From Candidatus Methanoperedenaceae archaeon GB37 (GTDB taxonomy: Archaea > Halobacteriota > Methanosarcinia > Methanosarcinales > EX4572-44), in contig LR991653.1 in NCBI GenBank assembly GCA_905171695.1, positions 1,146,150 through 1,210,149 on the forward strand: a DNA stretch of 64,000 nucleotides, written 5' to 3'. A program made the position numbers and the translations under genes. The notes under the pieces were generated by a model that was not told where the DNA came from, ran no database searches, and worked only from the letters and a program-made list of their open reading frames with translations. Each line of letters begins with the position of its first letter. Position 1 is the first letter of the stretch. Below, in pieces: positions 20,086 through 30,593 of this stretch.

Positions 20086-23000
20086 AGAACCACCCTAAAT
20101 GCTTCTTTTCAACTCTTAGCGATCTAATATCGGCAATTCCCCACATTAAAAACTGGCTGTAGAGTGTATTAACAACTCCTCTAACATCTCTGATCTTCAC
20201 ATGATTGTTTTTATCAACCTCGATCAAATTCCTATCAACCAGCAGCGATTTCATCTCCCGTGAATACTGATAGTAGGGTAGTAGCTGCAGCACGTTAAGA
20301 ACTGACTTGTAGTTTTCAAGCTCCCTCGCCCTCTCCCTCTCTAAAATTAAAGCATTGTACAGGTTGTAAAGGAATCCCTTTTGCTCAGGTTGATACTCCC
20401 TCTTTAACTTTTTCACTTCTTTTTCAACCTCTTTTTCAATCTCCTTCAGCTTCTCGGCTGCAACATCAAGCTTTACAGGATTAATCTCTTTGTTCTTTTC
20501 GTCTACGAGCTCAAGAAAGACGAGAGGTGATTCATACCTCAATCCTCCATCACCAATGCTTATTATCTTCTTATCTATCCTTCCAAAATCTCCACGATAG
20601 AACTCATAAATGCTGTAGATCTTTCCACTGCCCGATTTGATGTAGGTGTAGTATGGCCCATCATCGAGATTCCTAACCTCTTCAAAGTCCTCCCTTGTTA
20701 TGCCAAGCTCGTACTGTATAATGTTAAGGAGCTTATACTCATCAATCTGTTCCTGCGGTATGCCGCCCTCAAACCACTTGAACTCCTCAGAAATACTAAA
20801 CTCTTCAAGATCGGTCATAGAGAGCTCTGCAATGCTTTTTATCCTTTCACCAAATGTTTCAACGCTTATCTCCTCCTCAGGGCTCAGTATCTTGGATTCC
20901 TTACCCACAACAAGCGTTATATCCTCAATCTTCTGTTTGAGCTTGTTCAAAATCCCCACAAGAACTTCTATCTCTCCCGAAGGAGTGAAGTTAAGGACGT
21001 AAACGTCCTTCTCATTCCCTATTCTGTTAACCCTTCCAACCCTCTGGACGATTACCATCGGATTCCATGGCAAATCAAAGTTAATAACAGCGTCAGCATC
21101 CTGCAGATTGACCCCCTCACTCAAAGCATCAGTTGAGATTAGAATTTCAATTTCTCCGTACTTTCTTACTTCCTCTTCTCCACTATTTGCTTTTGGAGCG
21201 AATCTCTTTATGAGGTTGATCTTTGTTGTCGTGTCGGTTTCGCCTGTAACAAGTGCTATCTTTATCCTGTCTGTCCTCTTATCCTTAAGCCACGGGTGCA
21301 GATCAACTTCTCTTTCAATCCACTCCCTAAGATTGTGGTAGATATAGTAGGCAGTGTCTTTGTATTGTGTAAAAACGATGAACTTCTTCCCGTTAAGTGT
21401 CGGGATAGCTGAAAGCTTCTCAGATTTGTATCTTGGGTTTGTGATGAACTGCTTTAGGACTTCGAGCTTTGGGTCGTTCTCATAGCAGAAGATTTTTGAT
21501 TCAACAATCTCATCTTCCTCCTTTGGAATTATCCCAAACACCTTGAAGTCATCGTTTTCCCTGACTTTAAGCCTGTCAAGAGTCTCAAAAATTTCATCCA
21601 TCAGCTTTAAATCCTGCTCAAGATTGTGAAGGGCTATTTTCAGCCCCATCCTGATTTTTTCGATTGGTGTAAATGCTTGAAGGGCATATTCTTCAAGATA
21701 TTCAGTTAACAACTTGACGACCTTATCAAACCAGGTTTCCTCCTCTTCAGCTTCTGCATTGAATTCCTGAGACACTTCTTCAAGATCTTTTTTGATCTTG
21801 GCCTCTTCTAATGCCTTAATAATCAGCTCTTTCAATTCCTCTTCACTCATTATTTTGTCAACGGATCCCTTAAACAGGGTGTAGAAGATCTTCTCTTTCG
21901 CGTATATTTTTCTGAGAGTCGTTTCAAACGGGAATATCCCGCTTTCTAACCTCTTACCCAGCAAAAGCCTGAAAAGGTCGGAAATCTCTATTACCCTGTA
22001 ACTTTCTTCCTCTTCGTCCTCTTTGAACACGATATACCTTACACCGTATAGCTTCGTGTGCTCAAAATTGATTCTGTCAATGTTTCTGGATATACGCTTT
22101 ATCAACTCATTAAACCCGCCTTTGTAGAAGGGAGAGTAATCGAGGCTGTAGGGTTTGGGATCTTTGAAAATGAGTTTTTTACCATCGACCTTCAGGTCCT
22201 TGAACTGGTCCAGGATGTACTTTCTCGTTCTCAGAACCATTACTTCATCCAGAACTTTTCTTTTAATCTCCGTGGCAACTCTTTTAAGCTCTTTTTTAAT
22301 CCCTTCATCTCCCTTCTCCTCATATTCACTTTTAAGCTTCTTGTATTGTCTTACCAGCTCGTCAATCGGGATGTTTTTCATTCTGAAAGTGATAAGGGTG
22401 TCATCCGTGAATATTCTGATCAGGTTGTAGAGGTCGTCTATCGTGTTGTTCAGGGGTGTGGCTGTAAGAAGCATGAACTTATTTGGAAAGTTGTTTGATT
22501 TTTTCTGCAAGGCTCTTGCTGCATTCCATCGGTTTGTATTTTTGTTTCTGTATTTATGAGCCTCATCGATGACAAAGAGATCATATTCTTCAGATATTCC
22601 TTTTAATTCCTCGCTTATAATTCCTTTTTTCAGATCTGCTCTGTAATTCTGAAAGAGCCCAAGCGAAAGAAAGGCTATCTTCCCAAGGAATTTTTCTCCA
22701 TTCTCATCATAAATTTCGTATATTTTGTGGTTGTAATCCCCTTTCACCATTCTTTTGAAGTTGTCCCTGAAGAAGAACTCCGTGTTTATCTTCACCCTCT
22801 CTCCCCTCTCCAGTCTTGCCAGTGTTCTCTCATCAGCTCTACCTACAAGCAGATCCTCCCACTGGGAAATGATGGATGGGGGCAGAATCAGCATTACAGC
22901 AGGGTATTCTTTCCCTTTTGGCAGCCAGTAAGGATGTTTTCCGTTTAAAAACTCCTGAATAATTGCTCCAGCCATAAAACTCTTTCCTAATCCCACAGAA

Positions 23001-23821
23001 TCTGCCAGAATAGCTCCATTATAGTAATTCAGGATATTGATAGCATTTATGACCCCAACAAGCTGAAATTCCATCAGTATGTCTTTTTCTATGAGGTTCA
23101 GAACTCGGCCTTCGGTCCACCTATAAACGAGATACTTGAAGAGCGTCTGGGGATCTATCAGTTCTCCAACCTTTGGATACGGGCTCTCGGGCAAAACCCC
23201 AGAGATATTGATAACCTTCAAGAGATCCTCTCTGAACTCAACCGCCTCATCCCACAGATCATCAAACCACTGATTTAGATAAAGCACCTCCTCTCTTGAT
23301 GTCAGAAGAACATTGAGCTCCTTGTTTTTTGTGATCCCCTCTGCTGTAAAGTTGGATGATCCAACAACAGCAAGGCCAGGAGAGCTGTATCTCTCCTCAG
23401 GGTTGGTTAAGAATACGTACAGCTTTGCATGCAACCTCGATTTATCAAATAGCCTGACATCAATCGTATTATTCGCAATAAAATCCTTTAAATCCCCCAA
23501 TCGCTTTATCTGTTCCTCATTAAGGTCTCTTTTCTGAAGATCCTCAATCATTCTTTGCTTGAAGACCTCTCTTAAGCTATATCCTGCCACAAGCTCTTCT
23601 TTCGTGGGATAGGTCGTCTCATTCCCCATTACAATCTTCAAGAAGGGCAGGCTTTCATAGTCATCTGGAAAGTCCTCCTTCACCAGCGAAAAGCCGCTTA
23701 AAAAGAAGTAACCTATCGCAAACTTTGCCTCCTTTGACCTCCTGATCTGATCTCTTATAACCTTTACAAGCTCCCGATCCGGGGTGTTGTCTATTATGCC
23801 TGGAGCAAGAGGGTTATTCAT
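20075..23821 (-). CDS. PLD-nuclease plus SNF2-like superfamily-2 helicase fusion
   Basis: RLHAKLY...VGSSNFT (PLD HxK..GSxN), ADSVGLGKS, IDEAHKY, LLTATPLNN, SEGVNLQ, QRVGRVNR. Start taken at ATG 23821 behind AGGTGTGA. Confidence 0.9.
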   Translation of the reverse strand: MNNPLAPGIIDNTPDRELVKVIRDQIRRSKEAKFAIGYFFLSGFSLVKEDFPDDYESLPFLKIVMGNETTYPTKEELVAGYSLREVFKQRMIEDLQKRDLNEEQIKRLGDLKDFIANNTIDVRLFDKSRLHAKLYVFLTNPEERYSSPGLAVVGSSNFTAEGITKNKELNVLLTSREEVLYLNQWFDDLWDEAVEFREDLLKVINISGVLPESPYPKVGELIDPQTLFKYLVYRWTEGRVLNLIEKDILMEFQLVGVINAINILNYYNGAILADSVGLGKSFMAGAIIQEFLNGKHPYWLPKGKEYPAVMLILPPSIISQWEDLLVGRADERTLARLERGERVKINTEFFFRDNFKRMVKGDYNHKIYEIYDENGEKFLGKIAFLSLGLFQNYRADLKKGIISEELKGISEEYDLFVIDEAHKYRNKNTNRWNAARALQKKSNNFPNKFMLLTATPLNNTIDDLYNLIRIFTDDTLITFRMKNIPIDELVRQYKKLKSEYEEKGDEGIKKELKRVATEIKRKVLDEVMVLRTRKYILDQFKDLKVDGKKLIFKDPKPYSLDYSPFYKGGFNELIKRISRNIDRINFEHTKLYGVRYIVFKEDEEEESYRVIEISDLFRLLLGKRLESGIFPFETTLRKIYAKEKIFYTLFKGSVDKIMSEEELKELIIKALEEAKIKKDLEEVSQEFNAEAEEEETWFDKVVKLLTEYLEEYALQAFTPIEKIRMGLKIALHNLEQDLKLMDEIFETLDRLKVRENDDFKVFGIIPKEEDEIVESKIFCYENDPKLEVLKQFITNPRYKSEKLSAIPTLNGKKFIVFTQYKDTAYYIYHNLREWIEREVDLHPWLKDKRTDRIKIALVTGETDTTTKINLIKRFAPKANSGEEEVRKYGEIEILISTDALSEGVNLQDADAVINFDLPWNPMVIVQRVGRVNRIGNEKDVYVLNFTPSGEIEVLVGILNKLKQKIEDITLVVGKESKILSPEEEISVETFGERIKSIAELSMTDLEEFSISEEFKWFEGGIPQEQIDEYKLLNIIQYELGITREDFEEVRNLDDGPYYTYIKSGSGKIYSIYEFYRGDFGRIDKKIISIGDGGLRYESPLVFLELVDEKNKEINPVKLDVAAEKLKEIEKEVEKEVKKLKREYQPEQKGFLYNLYNALILERERARELENYKSVLNVLQLLPYYQYSREMKSLLVDRNLIEVDKNNHVKIRDVRGVVNTLYSQFLMWGIADIRSLRVEKKHLGWFYGC

Positions 23822-23896
23822 ATTCACACCTTTCTCTCCCACTACCATCTCTCTAACTAAATGCCCGCTCCATTTCTTCTTGTTTGTAATAAATTC

Positions 23897-25418
23897 CTAA
23901 ATTCCCATACTTTTAGGCACCATGATACTAAACTTCTCAAAAATCTTCCTTTGCTGCTTGGTTAATTCCTGAACTATAATCTCATCCTCATACACCTTAC
24001 ACTTCAGATTCCTTAAGGTGAGTAGAACCTCCTCCACAGTGTAATCTCTCCCTAATTCTCTCTTCAGCAGTGAATAAACAACAAGTGAAGCGAACTGCAG
24101 AAACAGGTAGCCCCTCAGCGTCTCTTCCTTATGCACTCTCAGAGGAAGCAGGTTCAGATCATCCTTTGGAAAGCCAAACAGCTTTTCTGCAATCTGTCTT
24201 GTGTAATACAAAGATATTACATTCTCTCTATCCGGTTCAGAAGAGGAAATGAGAATCATTATCCCTTTCTTCATCAAAATGTATTCCATCTCCTCTTCTT
24301 CATCCTCTTCAATCTCATCCATTACCTTAAGCAGAGTTCTTCTTATCTCTCTTCCCTTTCTTTCAGGATCAAGTACAACATAAGCATAGACTCTTTTACC
24401 AAATAACTCAACTTCTCTTTGCTTTACAAACAGTACTCTTCTTCCATACCTTACAGCATTCCTGTAACTCTCTAACTCTCTGGATTCCTCAAGAATAGGC
24501 CTCTTGTACAGCTTCCTTAAAGCCGGCAATCTTATCAGGAACTGTATTTCCTCATTGTAAAGCTCCTTTATATTCTCTTCAGAGAAGAATCCTGCATCAA
24601 GAATGAGAAAGTATCTTGATACACCATACTTCTTTAACTCCTCCACAGTTGCCTTGAGGGTTGACACATCAACAATATTACCTGCAATATACCTGAAAAA
24701 CAAAGGAAGTGATGTACTCCTGTCAATAACAAGCAACAACTTGATTTGTTTGTCTATTTCCTCGTTATGCCATCCCCATGATGATCTTGGAATATTTATC
24801 TGGTTTGGAAGAGCAGTTGTATCAATTACTATTCCTTCTGAGGGTGTTATCTGTCTGATGTATTCTTTGAAGAATTCCCTCTGGATGCTTTCATCACCAA
24901 TCTCCTCAAGAAACTCACTTATTCTTTGTGAACTTATATCAACATCAAAGAACTTCCTGACTATGTTGCCCTCATACCACATCCTTGCATACCTCATTGC
25001 AGATGGATAACACAATCGGTAGAAGATGAGTGCAAGAAACATCTCTTTTTTAAGGTTCTCAAAGAATGTTACTCTATTAATGAACTGGTTGAGGAAATAA
25101 GTATCACCAAAATCTAGAATTAACTTCTCTCTCCTCTCTCTACTCTTTTTCTTGAATATTTTCTTCTCCTTGTCAACAACAACTCCCAGATACTTTGTTT
25201 TCTGCCTCGGCTTCTTCTTTTCAGGATCCCAGTAAGATGTTACCTCGTAAGCATATTCTTTGTTCCCGAACTTCTTGTATCTGATGAAGCTCATAATGGT
25301 CAATTAGGCATTATAATATATAAATATTTTCCGTAATACAATACTTGCTTTTTCCTGGAAAAAGAGAGCTTATGGGGAGAGTTTACTTTTCTAGTGCCTA
25401 ATTATTTGGGAATATTGG
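23897..25418 (-). mobile_element. IS1634-family element with apparently intact 465-aa transposase (CDS 23897-25294)
   Basis: VIDTT, LILDAGFFS, RQIAEKLF and GYLFLQF DDE-type motifs. Imperfect ends CTAAATTCCCA / TGGGAATATTGG flanked by a candidate 6-bp duplication AAATTC (23891-23896, 25419-25424). Confidence 0.8.
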
Positions 25419-25439
25419 AAATTCGCTTTTTGTTTGGTT

Positions 25440-25680
25440 TTGGCAGTGTATGTGAAATCGTCTATCTTTTTCACTTTTAACCATCGTATCTAGTGGGTTT
25501 TTTTTTATTTTTCTCAAGTCTTTCATTCCAACGTGAGTATAGATCTCTGTTGTTTTTGAGTTTTTGCGACCGAGCAACTCCTGAATAACTCCTGAATGTA
25601 TCATCAGATCAACTCCGCTTTTGAGTTAATGGGAGTGGCGAATGAGTGCCTCATGGAATGAACTGTAATCTTTCTCCTTG
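25440..25680 (-). pseudogene. Tyrosine recombinase C-terminal remnant (XerD/IntI-like)
   Basis: ITVHSMRHSFAT, then IQELLGRKNSKTTEIYTHV...NPLD. The His of LGH is replaced by Arg; frameshifts include an 11-bp duplication at 25576-25597. Confidence 0.85.
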
Positions 25681-25686
25681 TCTCTG

Positions 25687-25820
25687 CTTTTTCATGTATT
25701 CTTTCCAGTTAAACTCTGCGAAGTCTTCGTAGCTATTGAATTGGCTGGTTATACTGTCTTTGTGGAATGGTACTCGTAGTTTACGGCTTATTTTGTCTCA
25801 TTTATCTATTTCGTCCTTTG
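25687..25820 (-). repeat. 134-bp diverged copy of an internal GH65 segment (26737-26870)
   Basis: Ungapped match, about 16 mismatches in 134 nt, mostly transitions; offset exactly 1050 bp. Confidence 0.9.
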
Positions 25821-26061
25821 CCACTGCAAAGAGATCAGGATTTGAAAGTTTCTTATGTGTGCTTGATTTGTCGGGGATGATGATTTCGTGGGTCATGTAT
25901 AGCTTTCTGTAACCACTGATTTATAGGATAGGCGTTTACATTTTATCCCTTTTTTAGCCCTTATATCTGGTGCGACGGGTTTGGGGGTGGATCGTGATCG
26001 CTTGATAGGATTCTTCGTGATTCAGTGATCAGAAGAGCGGTTATGGGGGGACTGTGTGGTA

Positions 26062-28503
26062 TCAGTGGGTGTGTTGTCGGATGTTTTCGTCTCGGTCTCG
26101 TTCTTCGGGTTTTAATAGTCGGAATTCGATGGTTCCGCCTGGTGTGAGGCTTCGTATATCTGCTCGGTAGGCGATGGTTATGGGGGTGGTGTTGGAGTGG
26201 GAACTGGTTACTTTGAGGAGGTCGTGGTTTATCTCGACTGTGAGTTTGTGGTGTCGGTAGCGCATCTGGAATTTGAGTCTGTGTAGCTGGTCTGGGAGGA
26301 CGGGGTTGAAGTGGAGGGTGTTTGTACGCATCTCAAGTCCGGTGTAGCAGCCTTGGATGAGGTCGATTGTTCCTGCCATTGCACCTGCGTGGATGCCTTC
26401 GTGGGTTGTTCCGCTCTCGCTCTCTCCAAGGTCGCTTTTGAGGGATCTGTTGAAGAGGTGCCATGATCGTCTTCGGTCTGTGCGTGACAGGACCCATGAG
26501 TGCACCACTGTGCTGAGGGTTGAGCCGTGAGAGGTTCGCTTGAGGTAGTATTGGATGTTTTGAGGTATCTGTTCTGGGTTGAAGGGGTATCCGAGGTGTT
26601 CGAAGAGTGTTACGAGTTCGTCTGCTGAGAAGAGGTAGAATAGCATCAGTACGTCTGCTTGCTTGGATGCTTTGTATCGGTTGATTGTATCGCCTTCTGC
26701 TTCAAGGATGCGGTCGAGGCGCCGGATATCACCGTACTTTTCCATGTATCCTTTCCAGTTAAACTCTATGAGGTCTTCGTAGCCATCGAACTGGCTGATT
26801 ATACCGTCTTTGTGGAACGGTACTCGTAGTTTACGGCTTATTTCATCCAATTTGTCTATTTCGTCCTTTGTTAGTCCTATTCTTTCACATACTTGCTGGA
26901 TTCGTTCTTCAGGAAAGATTCTGAGCACTTCTATTGCCCGTGTGAGTACCCAGGATGCCATCACGTTTGTGTATGCATTGTTGTTGAGCCCTTCACCAGT
27001 ATCGTCTTCGGGAGGGGCTGTGTGGAACTCGTCTGGGCCCACCACACCATGGATCTCGTAGCGATCAATCTCCTGGTTGTATTGTGCGATGCTTGCGAAG
27101 AGGCGGGCAATCTCAAGTATCATCTCTGCTCCATAGTAGTACATGAATTCGTGGTCTTCTGTTGCCTGATAGTAGTGCCAGATATTGTATGCGATTGCTG
27201 CATTGATGTGGCGCTGACGATGCGTGTTATCTGTAACCCAGCGTCCTGATCTTGGGTTGAGGTGTAGTCTCTGGGCTTCTTCTCTCCCGTTGCTTGCGCT
27301 CTGCCATGGGAACATTGCTCCCTTGTACCCGTTCTCTCTTGCTGCCAGTCGGGCTTCTGGGAGTCGGCGGTATCGGTAGAGGAGGAGGGAGCGTGTGAGC
27401 ATGGGTGTGTGCAGATTGAGTAGTGGGAATATGAAGAGTTCATCCCAGAAGATGTGCCCCCTGTATGCTTCTCCATGCCAGCCGCGTGCTGGGAATCCGA
27501 CGTCAAGATCGATCGAGTGATGTGTGATTGTCTGGAGCAGGTGGAAGAGGTGGAGTCGGAGCTTCAGGTTTGCCAGGGGCTCGTCTGTTTCAAGCTCGAT
27601 ATCAAAGTCTTCCCAGAGGTGTTTCCATGTTAGACGATGCTCCTGGAAGAGTTCGTCGAAGCGGTCGAGACGCTTGATCTTATTTCCTGCTTCCAGCAGA
27701 GGCTCTGAGATTGCAGGGTCAAGTGAGGTGTAGAGGGTTATGATCTTCTCGACACGGATGCTCTCGCCCATCTCAAGGTCGAGTGTGAACTCCTCTTCGA
27801 TCTCTCTCTTTGATGATGTGGTTCTGGCTTCTGGTGTTACGTCCTCTCCGTTTCGGTAGATCTTGGTGCGTGCGGCGATTCCAACCACTATGTGGGATTG
27901 GTTTGTCCTGCAGCCGAGGAGTATCGCCTCTCCAATCGCTCTCTTCTCAAGTATCTCAATGTGCTGCTTGTTGAGACCACGGTATCGTTCCACTCCATTG
28001 TTCTTAACACTGCCATCGATTGCTGAGCGGACATGGAGTCTGCCAGACCAGTTCACTGCCCTGATCTCAAGAGAGAGTCCTGCTACGTGCTGGTCTGCCA
28101 TGCTCACGAATCGCTGCTCGAAGGTCTCGGTTACACGACCGCTCTGGTCGCTAAAGGATACTCTGCGACTTAGAAGACCTGCTTTAAGGTCGAGCTTCTG
28201 GCGATACGATCTGATCTCAACCTCGTCGATCCGAAACCATCTCTCATCATTGATCTTAAATGTCAGTGGAAGCCAGTTGGGAAGGTTTACAAGGTCTTCA
28301 TTCTCAACCTCGAGTCCACTGATCCATGACTTCAATCGGTTATATCCGCCTGCAAGATATGTGCCAGGATAGTGTATTCCATCGTCACTGGAGTCTGGCG
28401 TGGCTGCGCGTGTCATGAAGTACCCGTTGCCAAGGGCAGAGAGCACTTCACGAACCCTTTCCTCATCGGGTCGGTATGAGTCATAAAGAAGAGACCATTC
28501 CAT
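26062..28503 (-). CDS. Glycoside hydrolase family 65 phosphorylase (trehalose/trehalose-6-phosphate/kojibiose phosphorylase-like)
   Basis: LGNGY, YRGHIFWDE, VVGPDEFH (catalytic Glu), KQADVLML and HGSTLS motifs. Confidence 0.93.
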   Translation of the reverse strand: MEWSLLYDSYRPDEERVREVLSALGNGYFMTRAATPDSSDDGIHYPGTYLAGGYNRLKSWISGLEVENEDLVNLPNWLPLTFKINDERWFRIDEVEIRSYRQKLDLKAGLLSRRVSFSDQSGRVTETFEQRFVSMADQHVAGLSLEIRAVNWSGRLHVRSAIDGSVKNNGVERYRGLNKQHIEILEKRAIGEAILLGCRTNQSHIVVGIAARTKIYRNGEDVTPEARTTSSKREIEEEFTLDLEMGESIRVEKIITLYTSLDPAISEPLLEAGNKIKRLDRFDELFQEHRLTWKHLWEDFDIELETDEPLANLKLRLHLFHLLQTITHHSIDLDVGFPARGWHGEAYRGHIFWDELFIFPLLNLHTPMLTRSLLLYRYRRLPEARLAARENGYKGAMFPWQSASNGREEAQRLHLNPRSGRWVTDNTHRQRHINAAIAYNIWHYYQATEDHEFMYYYGAEMILEIARLFASIAQYNQEIDRYEIHGVVGPDEFHTAPPEDDTGEGLNNNAYTNVMASWVLTRAIEVLRIFPEERIQQVCERIGLTKDEIDKLDEISRKLRVPFHKDGIISQFDGYEDLIEFNWKGYMEKYGDIRRLDRILEAEGDTINRYKASKQADVLMLFYLFSADELVTLFEHLGYPFNPEQIPQNIQYYLKRTSHGSTLSTVVHSWVLSRTDRRRSWHLFNRSLKSDLGESESGTTHEGIHAGAMAGTIDLIQGCYTGLEMRTNTLHFNPVLPDQLHRLKFQMRYRHHKLTVEINHDLLKVTSSHSNTTPITIAYRADIRSLTPGGTIEFRLLKPEERDRDENIRQHTH

Positions 28504-28505
28504 CG

Positions 28506-30023
28506 TTAGCAGCACCTCATGAGGGCTTCGAGAAACGCTCCAACATCGGCTTGATCCAGCCTATAGTCTGCCAGGGTTTCATCCCTCTCGCCAACGAGGA
28601 TTGCACAGCCAACGCCTTTAACCGCTCTAAAGGCGTCTTCGTCCGTTAGATCGTCACCAATATATACCGGAAAAAGATCCTTCTCAGTGTCGAACTCGTT
28701 CAACTCGTTCATTATCATCTCAACCACTCTTCCTTTGTTCCAGTCAATATCTGGCTGCAGTTCAAAGACCTTCTTAGCGTATGAGATGCGCAAACCATCT
28801 TCTCTTGCCAGTTCAACCTCTCTTTTCACACGGGGGATCATCTTCTCATCTGCTCTGCGATAATGGACTGCGATCGAGTACTTTTTTCGCTCAACGAGAA
28901 CGCCTTCGATTGATGAGAGTGTTTTATGCAGTCTCTCTTCTGCGCGATCGAGGAGGGGAAGCAACCTCTCTGCCTCCCTCTTCTCCCACACAACCCCTTC
29001 AGGGGTGAGGAGGTGGAATCCGTGGCTTCCAGCATAGTATACTCCTTTTATTCCAACCATCTTCTGAATCTCACTCAGGTCTCGACCGCTTATGATCGAG
29101 ACCACGCACTTCGCTGCAAGCATCGTAACCCGCTTGCGCATCTCTTCTGAGAGTCGTGCATCCTCTGGTCGTTCAGCGATCGGCGTGAGAGTTCCATCAT
29201 AGTCAAGAAAGACGAGGAGAGTCTTTCCAGCCGCGTCTCTAATGATCTCATCTATCTGTTGGAGTGCAGATGACAGTTTTTTCACGAGTTTCACACCTGA
29301 GAGATCGGTCACCACAAGATCAGCGCCCTCTCTTAAAAGCGCTTCTCTAACCAACTCCCCATCCTCCTCCCTTGCCTCCCTTGCTACGGCAATGATCATA
29401 CCAAAGCCCCCTCTACGTCCAGCCCTGATCCCAGAGATGGCATCCTCCACAATGATTGCGCGTGCAGGCTCAACACCAAGCTCCCAGGTGGCTTCAAGGA
29501 AGATATCAGGAGCAGGCTTACCAGGAATACCTTTAGTCTCAAGATCCCTGCCATCAACGATAACATCAAAGAGACCCGTAACCCCTGCAGAATCGAGTAC
29601 CTGAGAAGCGTTCCTGCTCGCAGAGATGAGTGCCACCCCAGCGCCCATCGCTTTAAGCCTCGCTATAAACTCGATCGTATCTCCAAAGGGCTCAACACCC
29701 CGCTGGCTGATTCGCTCCATGAATAGGAGATTCTTGCGGTTTCCAAGACCACATACAGTATCAAACCCTGGATCATCGTCCGGATTCCCCTCTTCAAGCA
29801 CTATGCCTCTTGAGAGAAGAAAACTCTGAACCCCAGAGTAACGCTCTCTGCCATCCACATACCTCCTGTAATCATCCATTGTGAACGGCTTGAGACCTCT
29901 CCCTTCAAGGAACTGGTTGAAGACCTCCTCCCAGACGGCTGCATGGAGACTGGCAGTATCTGTGACAACGCCATCCATGTCAAAGATTGCAGCATCAAAC
30001 CCATCCATCATGATCGTCTCCAT
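28506..30023 (-). CDS. HAD beta-phosphoglucomutase-like domain fused to trehalose-6-phosphate phosphatase (OtsB-like)
   Basis: Domain 1: FDMDGVVTDT, GKPAPDIF, VEDAISG. Domain 2: FLDYDGTLTPI, YAGSHG, WNKG, YIGDDLTDEDAF. Confidence 0.9.
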   Translation of the reverse strand: METIMMDGFDAAIFDMDGVVTDTASLHAAVWEEVFNQFLEGRGLKPFTMDDYRRYVDGRERYSGVQSFLLSRGIVLEEGNPDDDPGFDTVCGLGNRKNLLFMERISQRGVEPFGDTIEFIARLKAMGAGVALISASRNASQVLDSAGVTGLFDVIVDGRDLETKGIPGKPAPDIFLEATWELGVEPARAIIVEDAISGIRAGRRGGFGMIIAVAREAREEDGELVREALLREGADLVVTDLSGVKLVKKLSSALQQIDEIIRDAAGKTLLVFLDYDGTLTPIAERPEDARLSEEMRKRVTMLAAKCVVSIISGRDLSEIQKMVGIKGVYYAGSHGFHLLTPEGVVWEKREAERLLPLLDRAEERLHKTLSSIEGVLVERKKYSIAVHYRRADEKMIPRVKREVELAREDGLRISYAKKVFELQPDIDWNKGRVVEMIMNELNEFDTEKDLFPVYIGDDLTDEDAFRAVKGVGCAILVGERDETLADYRLDQADVGAFLEALMRCC

Positions 30024-30050
30024 CAAAACACACCCCCACACCCCAGTGCC

Positions 30051-30593
30051 TCACTCTCCAAGTCCAAGCAGCGTTACCACGATCACAATGGATATCCCAA
30101 GCCCCACCATCCTCACGATATGAACCAGCATGCTCTGGCGCGCAAGCCTCCCAGAGTACACCCCAAGTGCTGCAAGGGTCAGCACGCTGAGCACTATCGA
30201 TGTCTCAAGCTTGTGAGTCTCCATAAGTATGAACGGCGAGATGGGCACAAGCGAACCGAGAAAACTCGCACCACCATGTGTGATCGAATCGAACCAGATC
30301 TTCTGCCGCGCCGCAACCTCAAGATGAGTCCCTTTAAGACTTCGAAGCAGCGGCTTCGAAAGCATTGCAAGCTTCCCATGCTCGATGGCACTCTCTGCAA
30401 GATAAGAACCCACGCCATTGGTGAGAGCAAGAGCAACAGCACCGCCAAGACCTGCCTGAACAACAAACTGATCATCGACCGTTGCACCCGATGCACCGAT
30501 CACCACACCAAGAACTGCAAGAAGCCCGTCAACCGAGCCAAGAATGACGTAGCGCCCCCTCTCATACATCCCATACCACAACTCCAACCTCAA
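30051..30593 (-). CDS. VIT1/CCC1-family membrane transporter
   Basis: ILGSVDGLLAVLG, GSYLAESA, GSLVPISPF; hydrophobic helices. Confidence 0.85.
   Translation of the reverse strand: MRLELWYGMYERGRYVILGSVDGLLAVLGVVIGASGATVDDQFVVQAGLGGAVALALTNGVGSYLAESAIEHGKLAMLSKPLLRSLKGTHLEVAARQKIWFDSITHGGASFLGSLVPISPFILMETHKLETSIVLSVLTLAALGVYSGRLARQSMLVHIVRMVGLGISIVIVVTLLGLGE

Noticed and set aside
23849-25430. Long variable-length direct repeat around the IS1634-family element
   Set aside because: The flanks share only AAATTC (6 bp), so this insertion gives no direct support for IS1634 causing the larger duplications; that link remains a hypothesis.
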